Source: Thermococcus sp. JdFR-02 (lineage in GTDB: Archaea > Methanobacteriota_B > Thermococci > Thermococcales > Thermococcaceae). Taken from it: a DNA stretch of 64,000 bases. The notes under the pieces are model-generated. The model did no database searches. It saw only the letters and a list, made by a program, of their open reading frames with translations, and was not told the DNA's origin. The stretch is taken from positions 96,001 through 160,000 of the forward strand of contig MTLP01000031.1 in the NCBI GenBank assembly GCA_002009975.1. The letters run 5' to 3'. How positions within the stretch are numbered: position 1 is the stretch's first letter; each line of letters opens with the position of its first letter. Positions 32,557-43,150 of this stretch are shown here, one piece after another. Made by a program: the position numbers and the translations under genes.

Positions 32557-33533
32557 CCCCTTCCCTCTTTTTCGGTGTAGGTTTCAATACTTAAAACTCT
32601 AACCTTGGCTGGACCTCTAATAAGATAAATAGGGCTGTTCTTTTCTAAGGCTCTCTGAATCACTATCTCAGGAATATTAAATTTATCTTTGTATTTTTCC
32701 ACAGCTTTAGGGTTAATCTTGTATACAGTCCTTAGAGTACCATCAAAGTTAATTGTATATTTTCCTATACCGGATATCCTGTACTTAATATCTTGAATAA
32801 GTCTACCAGCAAGATTAGAATTTTTTATAGCAACTTCTGGGGAGTATGAAGAGGGTGCATCAATTCTAATAGTCATGGCAACGTTAACACTAGTGTAAGA
32901 AGTATAATACATCTTTGATATTACTTTGAATGTTGCATAGCTTCCTCTAACTTCTACAAACCAGCGGGTAAAATGTCCAACATCGCTCCCATATGTTGTC
33001 CATCTAAAATATACATTACCTGGGTCATTTAATACATCATATCCCTTTTTAAGGTTGTATGCAAATTGTACAGCAGTATATGCATATCCTACTCCATAGG
33101 GAAGGTTGCCAATGATAATTTCTGCAATATCTTGGGCAATGTCTTCAAAGTATCCTGCAATGCCTGAGTATGGAAATGCTCCTGCAACCTGTGGATCAGA
33201 AGGGTTTGCCAAAAATGAGAAGTCTCCTCCAACTTTTATAAGATCCACACCTTGTTTGACTATCATTCCAGGGTAGCCACCTTCTCTGTCTGCCCCAGCT
33301 GCACTCTCTTTGAATTGATATACATATCCGTATCCATCCCACCACCAATCATAGTACCTTTCCACTGCTGCACTATTATAAGTTGTTCCTGTTCCAAGAG
33401 GACTATCATAATACCCTGTGGCAACTCCCTCACTCACTAATATCCACTCATCAATGTTGCCCTCAACATAGCTTACCTCTGCCGTCATTCCAATTATTAA
33501 CAGTCCTAACAAAATTCCCAACAATCTTTTCAT
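32553..33533 (-). CDS. Hypothetical secreted protein
   Basis: Signal peptide MKRLLGILLGLLIIGMTA; RBS GGAGGTG; Tyr/Gly-rich. Confidence 0.7.
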   Translation of the reverse strand: MKRLLGILLGLLIIGMTAEVSYVEGNIDEWILVSEGVATGYYDSPLGTGTTYNSAAVERYYDWWWDGYGYVYQFKESAAGADREGGYPGMIVKQGVDLIKVGGDFSFLANPSDPQVAGAFPYSGIAGYFEDIAQDIAEIIIGNLPYGVGYAYTAVQFAYNLKKGYDVLNDPGNVYFRWTTYGSDVGHFTRWFVEVRGSYATFKVISKMYYTSYTSVNVAMTIRIDAPSSYSPEVAIKNSNLAGRLIQDIKYRISGIGKYTINFDGTLRTVYKINPKAVEKYKDKFNIPEIVIQRALEKNSPIYLIRGPAKVRVLSIETYTEKEGRG

Positions 33534-33715
33534 GCTTGCACCTCCTACCAAATATTGCAATGACAATTTTGACTTCAAGACTTATAAATTTTTCTTTTAT
33601 GAGTTGTAATATGATATACTTTTTTCCTCTTTACGAGTTTTTACTTTTCAACTATATACTCAAAAATCCTATCAGCCAAAAGAAACCCAAGTAAAAGAAT
33701 GAACAAAAACAAACA

Positions 33716-34483
33716 TTAGAACCTGAGCCTTGTGCCAACTTTCTCTCCTCGTATTGCCTTGTCCAGATTTCCTTTAACTTTTCCGTTTATGAAATAGACA
33801 TCACAATACTTGGCAATTTTAAAAGCCTCTTTAAGCTTGTTATTTATTCCCCCAGTAACGTCAACTCCTGCCGAACCTTCAAGTTCTGGAATCTCTTTTA
33901 TCTCTTCCAAGAGCTTTGCATCCTTGTGTTCTTTTGGATTCTTATCATAGATTCCATCGACATCCATCAAAAAGATAACTTTGCTCGGCTTAAGCATCTT
34001 TGCGAGATAGCTTACTATCTGATCTCCTGAGAGAATGTCAATTCCTTTATCCAGAGCTATTGCTGTATCTCCAAACAAAATAGGAATGAATCCTTTCTCT
34101 ATTAGCCGTCTTAAAACTTCAACATCCCCATAAACAATGTGACCGTTTTCTATAAGGAATATTGAAGAAGATGAGACCGAATAAGCTGGCAATCTTTTTT
34201 CCAAAAACACCTGAATTATCAAGTCGTTAAGCTTTAGCATAGCTTGATGAGTCTTTGAGAAGCCGATTCTCTTTCTCTCCATATCTCCAACTAAACCCTC
34301 ACGAATGTTGTATTCTTTGGCATTTGGATGTCCGAAGCTTCCGCCACCGTGAACAAGGATAAAGCCTTCAGCTGGATAAAAGTGCGCAATTTCTTCTGCT
34401 ATCCTTTCAACTACCTCTTTGTTAAACGAATAAGGAACGTTTTTATCGCTTATCACACTTCCACCGAGCTTTATGAGTATCAT
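33716..34483 (-). CDS. Isopentenyl phosphate kinase
   Basis: [28 protein letters not shown]; mevalonate cluster. Confidence 0.92.
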   Translation of the reverse strand: MILIKLGGSVISDKNVPYSFNKEVVERIAEEIAHFYPAEGFILVHGGGSFGHPNAKEYNIREGLVGDMERKRIGFSKTHQAMLKLNDLIIQVFLEKRLPAYSVSSSSIFLIENGHIVYGDVEVLRRLIEKGFIPILFGDTAIALDKGIDILSGDQIVSYLAKMLKPSKVIFLMDVDGIYDKNPKEHKDAKLLEEIKEIPELEGSAGVDVTGGINNKLKEAFKIAKYCDVYFINGKVKGNLDKAIRGEKVGTRLRF

Positions 34484-35481
34484 TCAACTACCTCCTCAAT
34501 TCTAAGCCCCTCTCTGCTAATCTTCGTTATCATTGGAAGTCCACCAGCGATTTTTATAGCTGTAGCAACTTCACTTTGCTTTCCTGGAGCTAAAGCATAC
34601 ATACAGCCGCCACCACCAGCTCCAGTAATCTTTGCTCCCAAAGCACCGGCTTCTCTTGAGGCATACACCAAATCGCTCAAGCTCTTAGTTGAAACTCCAA
34701 GAGCATCAAGTAAGCCATGATTAATATTCATGAGCCTTCCAAGGAGCTCAAACTTAATATCTTTGTCGTATTCTGAAAGTATAATCTCCCTAACTTTTTC
34801 CACCAATTTACCCATAGAATTTAAGATCGGATTTACTATATCAGGCATCTCTTCAAAGCTTCTCCTAACTTTAGCGACCAACTCCTTAGTGCTTCCGCTT
34901 GAACCTGTGTATCCAACAACTATTGGAAGCTCAACTACAGGTAAGCTTTCAAAATTGCCTCTTTGATAGTAAAGAAATCCACCAATTGCTGAAACTGTTG
35001 GGTCAATTCCACTCGAAGCTCCTTGAACCAAAAGCTCAACTTTGTGTCCGAGTTTGGCAATTTCTTCCTTTTTAAGCTCTAAACCTAGAAGCTTTGAAAC
35101 CGCACCAATTGTTGCGACAGCTACGGCAGCTGAGCTTCCAAGCCCAGCACCAACAGGAATTTGAGAAGTTATTGAAACAGTTACACCTTGCTTAACGCTA
35201 GCCTCTTCCAGTACAAGATTTATTGCCTCTCTTACATAGCTCAAAACTTCAGCTGCTTTTCCGTAATCTGTTTCAAAGTAAATCTCCTTATCAGAGAATG
35301 AAACCGTCAATCCCGGAACTCTTATATCTTTTGCCTCTATTCTAATTCTTCCATTTTTGTTAAATTCAGCCCAAACATAAGTCCTTAAGTCAATAGCAGC
35401 TGCTATAGCGGGTTTCCCATAAACAACACTATGCTCTCCAAAGAGAATAATCTTAGCTGGAGCTGAAGCGAGAACCCTCAT
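34480..35481 (-). CDS. mvk: Mevalonate kinase
   Basis: [41 protein letters not shown]. Confidence 0.95.
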   Translation of the reverse strand: MRVLASAPAKIILFGEHSVVYGKPAIAAAIDLRTYVWAEFNKNGRIRIEAKDIRVPGLTVSFSDKEIYFETDYGKAAEVLSYVREAINLVLEEASVKQGVTVSITSQIPVGAGLGSSAAVAVATIGAVSKLLGLELKKEEIAKLGHKVELLVQGASSGIDPTVSAIGGFLYYQRGNFESLPVVELPIVVGYTGSSGSTKELVAKVRRSFEEMPDIVNPILNSMGKLVEKVREIILSEYDKDIKFELLGRLMNINHGLLDALGVSTKSLSDLVYASREAGALGAKITGAGGGGCMYALAPGKQSEVATAIKIAGGLPMITKISREGLRIEEVVE

Positions 35482-35822
35482 TTTTGTCCCTCCTTTTTAA
35501 TAATTTTGACTAATTCACTCTCTAGTTTTGGCAGATCTGAGACTATAGTTTGCCAAACAATCTCTAAATCGACTCCAAAATAAGCATGAATAAGTCTGTC
35601 TCTCATTCCAGCAACTTCTTTCCAAGGAATTTGTGGATACTTTTGCCGGATTTCTTCTGGAACATTTTTGGCAGCTTCCCCTACAACTTCCAAGTTTCTT
35701 ATGACTGCGTCAATAGTCTTTTCATCTCTTATGAAATCTCCAAAAGACATACCAGCAGTGTAACGTTTTATTTTTTTAATTGAGTTAATGATATCCTCAA
35801 TATATAAATATGGGTCTCTCAT
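35478..35822 (-). CDS. HEPN (DUF86/HepT-like) toxin
   Basis: [28 protein letters not shown] (RX4H-x-Y). Confidence 0.9.
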   Translation of the reverse strand: MRDPYLYIEDIINSIKKIKRYTAGMSFGDFIRDEKTIDAVIRNLEVVGEAAKNVPEEIRQKYPQIPWKEVAGMRDRLIHAYFGVDLEIVWQTIVSDLPKLESELVKIIKKEGQK

Positions 35823-36112
35823 ACGTATTTCACCTCTTGGAGAATTTGCTTTCTAATTCGTTTCTTCAATGCTTTTTTTGTGACCAAATCAACTTTAACT
35901 CCAAGTAAATTTTCGAGATACTCTTGGAGCCTGATAAACTCAATGAATCCAATAGGCCTGTGAAATTCAACTAAAATGTCAATATCACTTGTTTCCTTTT
36001 GTTCTCCTCTTAAATACGACCCAAAGATACCAATTCTCTTAACTCCAAATTTTTTATAAAGCTCTTTTTTATGGGAAGTGAGAGTCTTTTGTATATCTTC
36101 AAGGGTTCTCAT
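35819..36112 (-). CDS. Minimal nucleotidyltransferase (MntA-like antitoxin)
   Basis: FGSYLRGEQKETSDIDILV, LENLLGVKVDLV. Confidence 0.9.
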   Translation of the reverse strand: MRTLEDIQKTLTSHKKELYKKFGVKRIGIFGSYLRGEQKETSDIDILVEFHRPIGFIEFIRLQEYLENLLGVKVDLVTKKALKKRIRKQILQEVKYV

Positions 36113-36486
36113 TCTATCGCCTCCAAACCAATGTAGTCATAGTAATAACACTTAAAATCTTCGAATTCTTCAATGGTTCTGTATGTGATGTCATGCAAAA
36201 ACTCCCAATCCCTGCAGAACAGTACAACACCCTCTAGGCATTCCTTTCTAAGAAAGAGAGGTAGCAAGTTGAAAATCTGTATGTCGTAGTTATCTGGAAA
36301 CTCTCCAAGAATCTTTATTCTGAATTCAAAAGCCTCTCTCTTTGTACCTTCATAATAAATGCACAAATCAACATCACCGTCCCTTCGAGCCTCTCCTCTC
36401 GCGTGAGAACCATACAGAATTATGAATTTAACTTTTCCCTCTTTATCAAGAGCAAGTATTTTCCTTACTGCGTCTTCAATCCTCAT
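36109..36486 (-). CDS. Second minimal nucleotidyltransferase
   Basis: YGSHARGEARRDGDVDLCI, DIQIFNLLP. Confidence 0.85.
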   Translation of the reverse strand: MRIEDAVRKILALDKEGKVKFIILYGSHARGEARRDGDVDLCIYYEGTKREAFEFRIKILGEFPDNYDIQIFNLLPLFLRKECLEGVVLFCRDWEFLHDITYRTIEEFEDFKCYYYDYIGLEAIE

Positions 36487-36540
36487 GGTTTAGAGTACGT
36501 TCATTGAATTTATTTTCCTTTTGGTTGTTCACTGGGAAAT

Positions 36541-36987
36541 TCAGGATATCCTTCGGATTACTTCTTTTAGATATTGAAACCATACAAGGATTGTGCCCCC
36601 AATGGCAAATATAAAAACGAATAAGCCTATGACATTTACAAGCCAGTGCATTTCAAATGTACTGCAGGAAGAACAGCATTTCCTCGTTAAGTACTTTATA
36701 CCAATGCCATATCCAGGTAACGCAGCTAAACCTAAGAGAACTGTTCCGCCTAAAGCTTTTACAGATGAGCTGTTGATCTCGGGGTAAAGTATAGCAAATA
36801 ATATCAGCACTCCACCGACTATAAGGAAATACATGGCAGACTTTAAGATAAGTTCCACAGCATCTGAGTCATTGAAATAAGGATTATTCAGGTTAAGCAA
36901 AAATTCCAGCAGGTAAGCAACAGCAAGTATAAAAAGAAGAAAGCCTACACCTTTAAGCAATTTTTGGGCTATACCATCAATCTCCAT
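36541..36987 (-). CDS. Hypothetical 4-TM membrane protein
   Basis: Four hydrophobic segments; CCSSC loop. Confidence 0.6.
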   Translation of the reverse strand: MEIDGIAQKLLKGVGFLLFILAVAYLLEFLLNLNNPYFNDSDAVELILKSAMYFLIVGGVLILFAILYPEINSSSVKALGGTVLLGLAALPGYGIGIKYLTRKCCSSCSTFEMHWLVNVIGLFVFIFAIGGTILVWFQYLKEVIRRIS

Positions 36988-37011
36988 GTTGTTAACACCC
37001 TTATGACTTTT

Positions 37012-37890
37012 TCACGCCCTCCTCACAACAATTGAAGCATAGCCAACTATCGCATCTGTGCTTCTGCTAACTTCATAACTTGTCGTATAGTGCAAAAGTT
37101 CTGCTTCATTAGCTTTGGCTAAGCGAGAGTAAACTATTGCTGCTGCAACTCCACCGGGTCCACACATAGTGTGATTCATCTCTCTAATCTCTCTAAACAT
37201 TTCCTTATAATCAAGATTTAAGATCTGTCTAATTACCCTAAAGTCCCACTCCTTAATCCTACCAACCAAATCTTCTCCCCTCGCTCTGAATGGAACATAT
37301 CCATAAGCATAGCCATAGTGCATCATGTCTGTGCTCGCTATTACCACGATATCCCTTCCAAGCTCTTTTTGAGCTTCAAAAATGGCTTTACCTAAATCTT
37401 CAGCAACTTCTTCATCTTGAATTCCCAAAGTTATTGGTACAATTTTGACTTCTTTCCCTGCTTTATCGGCTATGTATTGAATGAAAGGGAGCTGAACCTC
37501 AAGAGAATGTTCATATTTATGAGCCAGCTCATCTAAGTCAGCTATTCTAGAGTGCTTTGCTATTGACCTTGCAAGCTCTTTATCAACCTCAACTTCGCCT
37601 AAAGGTGTAATCCATTCTCCTTCCGGATAAATGGCTATTGGAGAACCCATACCAGTATGATTTGGACCCAAAATGACAAATGCCTCTGGAATGCCGTCCT
37701 CATAAATCGCTTTAAATGTTCTTGAGGCTGTGAAGCCTGAAAAGATGTAGCCTGCATGGGGAGCAACTCCTGCTTTTATGTCTCTCTTCTCACCAAGTTT
37801 TCCTAAATCTTCAAAAAAACGCTCAAGCATTACTAAAAGCTCCTCACCAGCAGGATAAAAACTACCTGCAACAACTGGATATCTTCTCAT
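37012..37890 (-). CDS. MEMO1 family protein
   Basis: [40 protein letters not shown]. Confidence 0.92.
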   Translation of the reverse strand: MRRYPVVAGSFYPAGEELLVMLERFFEDLGKLGEKRDIKAGVAPHAGYIFSGFTASRTFKAIYEDGIPEAFVILGPNHTGMGSPIAIYPEGEWITPLGEVEVDKELARSIAKHSRIADLDELAHKYEHSLEVQLPFIQYIADKAGKEVKIVPITLGIQDEEVAEDLGKAIFEAQKELGRDIVVIASTDMMHYGYAYGYVPFRARGEDLVGRIKEWDFRVIRQILNLDYKEMFREIREMNHTMCGPGGVAAAIVYSRLAKANEAELLHYTTSYEVSRSTDAIVGYASIVVRRA

Positions 37891-37937
37891 GAACATCACC
37901 AAAAGAAAATTAGCAAAAGAGGTTTATAGTATTTAGG

Positions 37938-38642
37938 TTAACTCTCCATCCACTCAGCTTTTCTAAAAGCTAAGTATCCAAAAGCAGAGAAGAGCACAAA
38001 AAGATAAGCAGAACTCCATGGTAAAGCATTTCCTATATTCAAAGCTTCCCTCATAAGTAAAGCCATGTGAGTTGTCGGAGAAAGCAAAGCCAGCTTTTGG
38101 AAAAAGAATGGAAGCTTTTCAATTGGATAATAAACGGGTGAAAACAGTGTTAAGACTATGTACAGCGTATCTGTCACTCTAAAGGCTGATATGACATCCT
38201 TAATCTTAGTTGCAAGATAAAAACCTAAAAAGACGAAAGAAAGCCAAGAAAAGGTAAAAATTATGAGAAGATAAGTCAAGCTGAGAATATTTGAATTTGT
38301 GAAAAGAACAATTAAAGCCAAAGCGACCAAAATTTGAACAAAAGAGCTGAAAGAAAAACCAATCGCTGTTGCGATGGTGAATTTTATAGGGTTTAGAGGT
38401 GTTGCAACGAGTAAATCCTTAAATTTTGAGCGGTAAAAAGCATTAAAATCAATGGGGATTTGTAAAATTCCAGGAGAAATTGCCATGTTTACAAAGGCTC
38501 CCACTAAAGCGTAAGGAAGATACTCTTTTCCTCCAATAAAGACCAAAATCAATACAAAACCAAAAACTCTGAGGAAAGCGTTAATTACTGTAAGCCTCTT
38601 TCTAAAGTATGCTTTGGCATAGAACTCAAGGATTTCAAGCAT
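37938..38642 (-). CDS. ABC-2 type exporter permease
   Basis: 6 TM, SPVYYPIEKLP, SPTTH. Confidence 0.85.
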   Translation of the reverse strand: MLEILEFYAKAYFRKRLTVINAFLRVFGFVLILVFIGGKEYLPYALVGAFVNMAISPGILQIPIDFNAFYRSKFKDLLVATPLNPIKFTIATAIGFSFSSFVQILVALALIVLFTNSNILSLTYLLIIFTFSWLSFVFLGFYLATKIKDVISAFRVTDTLYIVLTLFSPVYYPIEKLPFFFQKLALLSPTTHMALLMREALNIGNALPWSSAYLFVLFSAFGYLAFRKAEWMES

Positions 38643-38643
38643 T

Positions 38644-39510
38644 TCAATCACCTACATAAAATAAGTCCTCTAAACCAATTTCCTTGATCTCAAAGATGTA
38701 ACCTAAGGTCAAAAGCTCATCTTCAATCTTTCTAGGCTCTTCGTAGATATAAGCAAAGTTCCCTATTATCCTTGCATTTGGAAATAACTCTAAGATCTTT
38801 GCGTCAGCATTTTTGACAATAACTTTAAGCTTTAAATTACCAAAAGCTTTTTTCAAAAGCTCTTTTGGCTTTCCATGCTCAGTTATTTGTCCTTCTTTCA
38901 TTAAAAACACTTTATCAGCTAAGAGAGCGATTTCATCTAAATAATGGCTCGTTAGGATCACACCACTATTCTCAAGCTTTTCTTGAATTAAGCTCCAAAC
39001 TAAGTTCCTCGATATTGGATCCAAGCCTACGGTAGGTTCATCTAAAAAATAAAGCTTTGAATCACTTGATAAAACCATGGCTAAGAAAACCCTTCTCTGC
39101 ATTCCACCAGAAAGGTTTTGGATTTCTTTATTTGGAATCTCAAGCCTCTCGATTATTTCTCTAGCTCTTCTCTCTGCTTGAGTCTTATTTATCCCTCTAA
39201 TCCTCAAATAGAAAGTTATGTAGTCAAAGGGAGTAAGTGAGTATAGATAAGGTCGTATATCTTGAGGAAGAATTGCTATTAATCTTCTAATCTCTCTTGC
39301 ATTTCTAATGATGTCTTTACCAAAGAGAAAAGCCCTTCCAGAGGTTGGTTTTAACTGTGTTGAAAGAATTCTAACTAAAGTGGTTTTTCCAGCACCATTT
39401 TCTCCAATAAAGCTTAAAACTTTTCCTTCAATTTCTTCCTCCAAATTTATTCCCTTTAAAGCCTCAACTCCATTTGAGTAAACCTTTCTAAGGTTTTCAA
39501 GCTTAAGCAT
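38644..39510 (-). CDS. ABC exporter ATP-binding protein
   Basis: GENGAGKTT, LSGGMQRR, LDEPTVGLD, TSHYL. Confidence 0.92.
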   Translation of the reverse strand: MLKLENLRKVYSNGVEALKGINLEEEIEGKVLSFIGENGAGKTTLVRILSTQLKPTSGRAFLFGKDIIRNAREIRRLIAILPQDIRPYLYSLTPFDYITFYLRIRGINKTQAERRAREIIERLEIPNKEIQNLSGGMQRRVFLAMVLSSDSKLYFLDEPTVGLDPISRNLVWSLIQEKLENSGVILTSHYLDEIALLADKVFLMKEGQITEHGKPKELLKKAFGNLKLKVIVKNADAKILELFPNARIIGNFAYIYEEPRKIEDELLTLGYIFEIKEIGLEDLFYVGD

Positions 39511-39596
39511 GTCTCATCAAACTATTTTAAAAAAGCAGGGGTTAAAAACTCTTTCGTAGATAAAACAAAGCTTAAGAGAAAAGAAAAGCTGAAAGC

Positions 39597-40202
39597 TCAA
39601 GTTCTAATAATTCTCATTTCAAAGTCTTCAACAGGAACTTTGAAGTCTTCTCTGCTTTGAATAACCCCTCTATTGAGTAAGATTTCCCTAGCTAAAATCC
39701 AGTATATCAATGCTAAGGCTTTTCTACCTTTGTTGTTTGTTGGTATTGCCAAATCAACGTAGCTCAATAGATTTTCCGTATCAACCAAGGCAACAATTGG
39801 AATTCCAATTTCAATTGCTTCCTTTATTGCTTGATGATCAGCTCTTGGATCCGTGACTATTAAAACGTCTGGCTCAAAGAAGTTCTTAACTGCTGGATTT
39901 GTCATCGTTCCTGGTAAAAATCTCCCTGGAATTGCTTTTGCCCCAGTTACTTCACCAAATTTCTTGACTGGTTTTTGACCATAAAGTCTAACTGAAACTG
40001 CCAAGATTTTTTCCGGATCAAACTTTGCAAGGAATTTTCCTGCAACCCTTAACCTTTCATCTGTCTTTCTAACATCTAACACATACAAACCATCTTGTCT
40101 TACCCTGTAAATGAACTTCTTCATATCCTTTGTCTTTTGTTGGGTTCCAATATGTATTCCCGCTGCCAAGTACAAGTCGAGAGGAACTAAATACTCTTCC
40201 AT
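39597..40202 (-). CDS. rps2: 30S ribosomal protein S2
   Basis: [26 protein letters not shown]. Confidence 0.97.
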   Translation of the reverse strand: MEEYLVPLDLYLAAGIHIGTQQKTKDMKKFIYRVRQDGLYVLDVRKTDERLRVAGKFLAKFDPEKILAVSVRLYGQKPVKKFGEVTGAKAIPGRFLPGTMTNPAVKNFFEPDVLIVTDPRADHQAIKEAIEIGIPIVALVDTENLLSYVDLAIPTNNKGRKALALIYWILAREILLNRGVIQSREDFKVPVEDFEMRIIRT

Positions 40203-40207
40203 CTTTT

Positions 40208-41236
40208 TCACCCCTCAAAAGTTATTATCCTTCCTTTTTCACCCAAATCCTCTGCAATCCTAATCAATTCATTTATTTTAGCAAGCGAATCTTTGTTCAG
40301 TAATATTGCGGGGCATTTGAACCCCACTGCAAGATGAGACAAAGCCTCATCAGCCGACTCAAAAGTTGCCTCAGCTAGGATTGGCATTATTCTTTCGGAT
40401 TTAGCGTCATTAACCAAGTTGTAAACATCTGTGAGAGTTCCTAAATTGATAGGTTTTATTGAAAGCGTGTTGTAATATCTCCTATCTAAAATGTCCTTTG
40501 AGCGGAATAGGTTCTCTCCATCAACAAAGACCCCATGAGTGCTTGCTATTAATTCTAAATAAACCTCTTCATCGTCTCCAAAAGGTTTGATGTAAACAAT
40601 GTTGTTATCCTCAACTAATCTCAACAACTCCTCAAGTTCAATTGGTTTAAGCTGGACTAGACCTAATGCTACTTCCAATCCCAACTCTTCTCCAGCTTTT
40701 TCTGAAGCTTTTGAAAGCTCTTCAATTGTCAAATTCTTTGAATGCTCTTCAATCTTGACAACTGCATCAATAACGTCACTAATTTCCATCAAGTCTTTAA
40801 CCATAACAAAATACTCAAAGTTTTCATCCTTAGCAAATCCTATTAAAGGAACCGGCAGTTCTGTTGTAAATGTTCCTCCTAAGTAAGTGTATAAGGGTAT
40901 TCTTTTGACATTTGAAGCGGCTTTAGCAACTGCAATTGAAACTGCTAAAGCTGTGTTTGCTCCAATGTGACTTAAATTGTCAGTTCCATCAATTTCCCAC
41001 AAATAGGAGTCAATTAGCTCTTGATCTTGGGCATCAAAACCTACCAGCTCTGGACCAATTATCTCATCAACTTCACTAACAGCTCTATGGGCTTCGACTA
41101 TATACAATGAAGGATTTTCCTCAACTGGAGCAGCAAATCTACCAAATCCACTACTTGTAATCACGTCAACTTCAATTGAGTATTTGCCGCCTCTGAGTAT
41201 TGCCAACCTTCCAGTAATGTTCTCTATTATTGTCAT
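40208..41236 (-). CDS. Enolase-like protein (degenerate)
   Basis: [41 protein letters not shown]; catalytic motifs missing. Confidence 0.8.
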   Translation of the reverse strand: MTIIENITGRLAILRGGKYSIEVDVITSSGFGRFAAPVEENPSLYIVEAHRAVSEVDEIIGPELVGFDAQDQELIDSYLWEIDGTDNLSHIGANTALAVSIAVAKAASNVKRIPLYTYLGGTFTTELPVPLIGFAKDENFEYFVMVKDLMEISDVIDAVVKIEEHSKNLTIEELSKASEKAGEELGLEVALGLVQLKPIELEELLRLVEDNNIVYIKPFGDDEEVYLELIASTHGVFVDGENLFRSKDILDRRYYNTLSIKPINLGTLTDVYNLVNDAKSERIMPILAEATFESADEALSHLAVGFKCPAILLNKDSLAKINELIRIAEDLGEKGRIITFEG

Positions 41237-41245
41237 TTAATCACC

Positions 41246-41419
41246 TTAACTTGCCCTTATAACGGTTATTGGGATTACACCCTTTTCAAACTCAAGTATT
41301 GCGGCGTCTAGTGGGGTTATGCCCTCTGGTACATTAATTAACACTGGAGCGCCCATAGCTATCTGTAATGCCCTTGCTCCTATTATACGAGCCTTCTCAA
41401 ATCTTGTGTACTTAAACAT
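41246..41419 (-). CDS. rpoK: RNA polymerase subunit K (Rpo6)
   Basis: [21 protein letters not shown]. Confidence 0.96.
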   Translation of the reverse strand: MFKYTRFEKARIIGARALQIAMGAPVLINVPEGITPLDAAILEFEKGVIPITVIRAS

Positions 41420-41440
41420 GTTTATCACCTATGCAAATTT

Positions 41441-41518
41441 TGGTGGGGCCGCCGGGATTTGAACCCGGGTCTCCGGCGCCCCAGGCCGAGAGGATGGACC
41501 AAGCTACCCCACGGCCCC
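41441..41518 (-). tRNA. tRNA-Pro(GGG)
   Basis: GGGGCCG...anticodon loop CTGGGGC...GTTCAAATC...CGGCCCCACCA; CCA encoded. Confidence 0.95.
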
Positions 41519-41537
41519 ACCTAAAGAAATGTGGTTT

Positions 41538-41735
41538 TTAATATACTCTATAGTACATTATGTCATCGATAAGCTCAACATGAGTGAGCAACATTCTTCT
41601 ACAGCAGTATCTTTCCAAACCTAAATCATCGAGCACTTTTTCTGGATCCTCTCCTTTTTCAACGCGCTCTTTAAATATGTAGTATTTATCACCTATGACC
41701 TTCCCACAGGTAAAACACCTTACAGGAATTATCAA
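41538..41735 (-). CDS. rpoN: RNA polymerase subunit N (Rpo10), probable TTG start
   Basis: [20 protein letters not shown]. Confidence 0.96.
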   Translation of the reverse strand: MIIPVRCFTCGKVIGDKYYIFKERVEKGEDPEKVLDDLGLERYCCRRMLLTHVELIDDIMYYRVY

Positions 41736-41780
41736 CCAAATCACCTTCTAAAGTTTTAAATGAAATTTAACAAAGGAAAG

Positions 41781-42188
41781 CTAACGGTAGCTCTTTTGTC
41801 TCTTAGCTCTTGGACCCTTTGTTGATCTATTTGGCTTGTGAGGCTCTGTTCTTCTTGAGTCACCAACGAGCATTGTTCTATCGTATTGCATGTACTTCTC
41901 TTTAAGGTTCATATCACCAGTCCACTCAACTAAAGCCCTAGCTATTGCAACCCTTGCAGCTTCAGCTTGACCCATGAACCCTCCACCACTAACTTTAACG
42001 TCAATGTCGACTTTGTTAACTATCTCTTCACCAGCCAAGAGAAGGGGCTCAATAATTGTGAACCTTGCAATTTCTGGCTCAATAATCTCAACCGGCTTTC
42101 CATTAATTCTAATCCTACCTTTTCCTTCTCTTATTGTCGCCCTTGCAATTGCACTCTTTCTCTTTCCAGCAGTTTGGATAACTTTCAT
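41781..42188 (-). CDS. rps9: 30S ribosomal protein S9
   Basis: [25 protein letters not shown]. Confidence 0.97.
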   Translation of the reverse strand: MKVIQTAGKRKSAIARATIREGKGRIRINGKPVEIIEPEIARFTIIEPLLLAGEEIVNKVDIDVKVSGGGFMGQAEAARVAIARALVEWTGDMNLKEKYMQYDRTMLVGDSRRTEPHKPNRSTKGPRAKRQKSYR

Positions 42189-42198
42189 GAGCATCACC

Positions 42199-42627
42199 TC
42201 AGAACTTTCCACCTAAATATCTCGCAACCTCACCAACTGTAACATACTTTGGTGTTTTAAGCCTTGACATGTGTGCCTCCATTATTGTTTCAAATTCCTT
42301 TCCTTCGAACTCCTTTGGAACTCCTGCATAAACTTTTAGTCTCTTGTATGCTTTCCTTCCTCTATCTGTTTTCCATGGAAGCATTCCTCTAACGGTTCTC
42401 TTAACTATCTCATCGCTCCTCTTCGGGTAAAATGGACCCTTTCTTGGATTTGTTAATGTTCTTAAGCCAATCCTTTGCTTGTACTTAGCAAATATGAATT
42501 CTTTGTTTCCAGTGATTATTGCCTTGTCAGCGTTAACTATGATAACTTCTTCACCTTCAAGAAGCATTTTAGCAACTTTTGAGGCTAATCTCCCAAGGAT
42601 TAAACCCTCAGCGTTAATAATTCTCAT
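42199..42627 (-). CDS. rpl13: 50S ribosomal protein L13
   Basis: ILGRLAS, VRGMLP. Confidence 0.97.
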   Translation of the reverse strand: MRIINAEGLILGRLASKVAKMLLEGEEVIIVNADKAIITGNKEFIFAKYKQRIGLRTLTNPRKGPFYPKRSDEIVKRTVRGMLPWKTDRGRKAYKRLKVYAGVPKEFEGKEFETIMEAHMSRLKTPKYVTVGEVARYLGGKF

Positions 42628-42633
42628 GGCACA

Positions 42634-42996
42634 TCACTCCATTATGATTACTCCACTACCTTTTGGATTCCTTTCAATTAACTCTTCAATTGTTATTGCC
42701 TCTCCACCAGCGTTGATAATCTTTTCCTTTGCTGTTTCACTGAATTGCCATGCTGCAACTATAACTTTGTGTTCAAGCCTTCCTGCACCTAAAACTTTCC
42801 CTGGAACAATAACCATGTCTCCTTCCTTAGTATAACGGTTGATCTTACTTACATTAACTTCCGCTCTCTGTCTCCTTGGTCTTTCTAAGCGCCAAGCTAT
42901 ATCCTTCCAAATCTTAACATTCTCTTCGTTTGACTTTTTCTTCAAATACCTAATGAGCCTTCTCAAATTAACATCTGTCGGACCAGTCCTTTTCAT
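42634..42996 (-). CDS. rpl18e: 50S ribosomal protein L18e
   Basis: [21 protein letters not shown]. Confidence 0.96.
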   Translation of the reverse strand: MKRTGPTDVNLRRLIRYLKKKSNEENVKIWKDIAWRLERPRRQRAEVNVSKINRYTKEGDMVIVPGKVLGAGRLEHKVIVAAWQFSETAKEKIINAGGEAITIEELIERNPKGSGVIIME

Positions 42997-43056
42997 GAGC
43001 ATTCCTCCATAAGAGCTTTTCCTTTCTCGCACCGAGGGACGGGGTGATCATTATTT

Positions 43057-43144
43057 TGGTGCGGGGGCGGGGATTTGAACCCCGGAACCCCTGCGGGACG
43101 GGACCCTAAATCCCGCGCCTTTGACCAGGCTCGGCAACCCCCGC
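43057..43144 (-). tRNA. tRNA-Leu(TAG)
   Basis: GCGGGGG...CGGGA-TTTAGGG-TCCCG, long variable arm, GTTCAAATC, ACCA. Confidence 0.95.
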
Positions 43145-43150
43145 TTAAGC

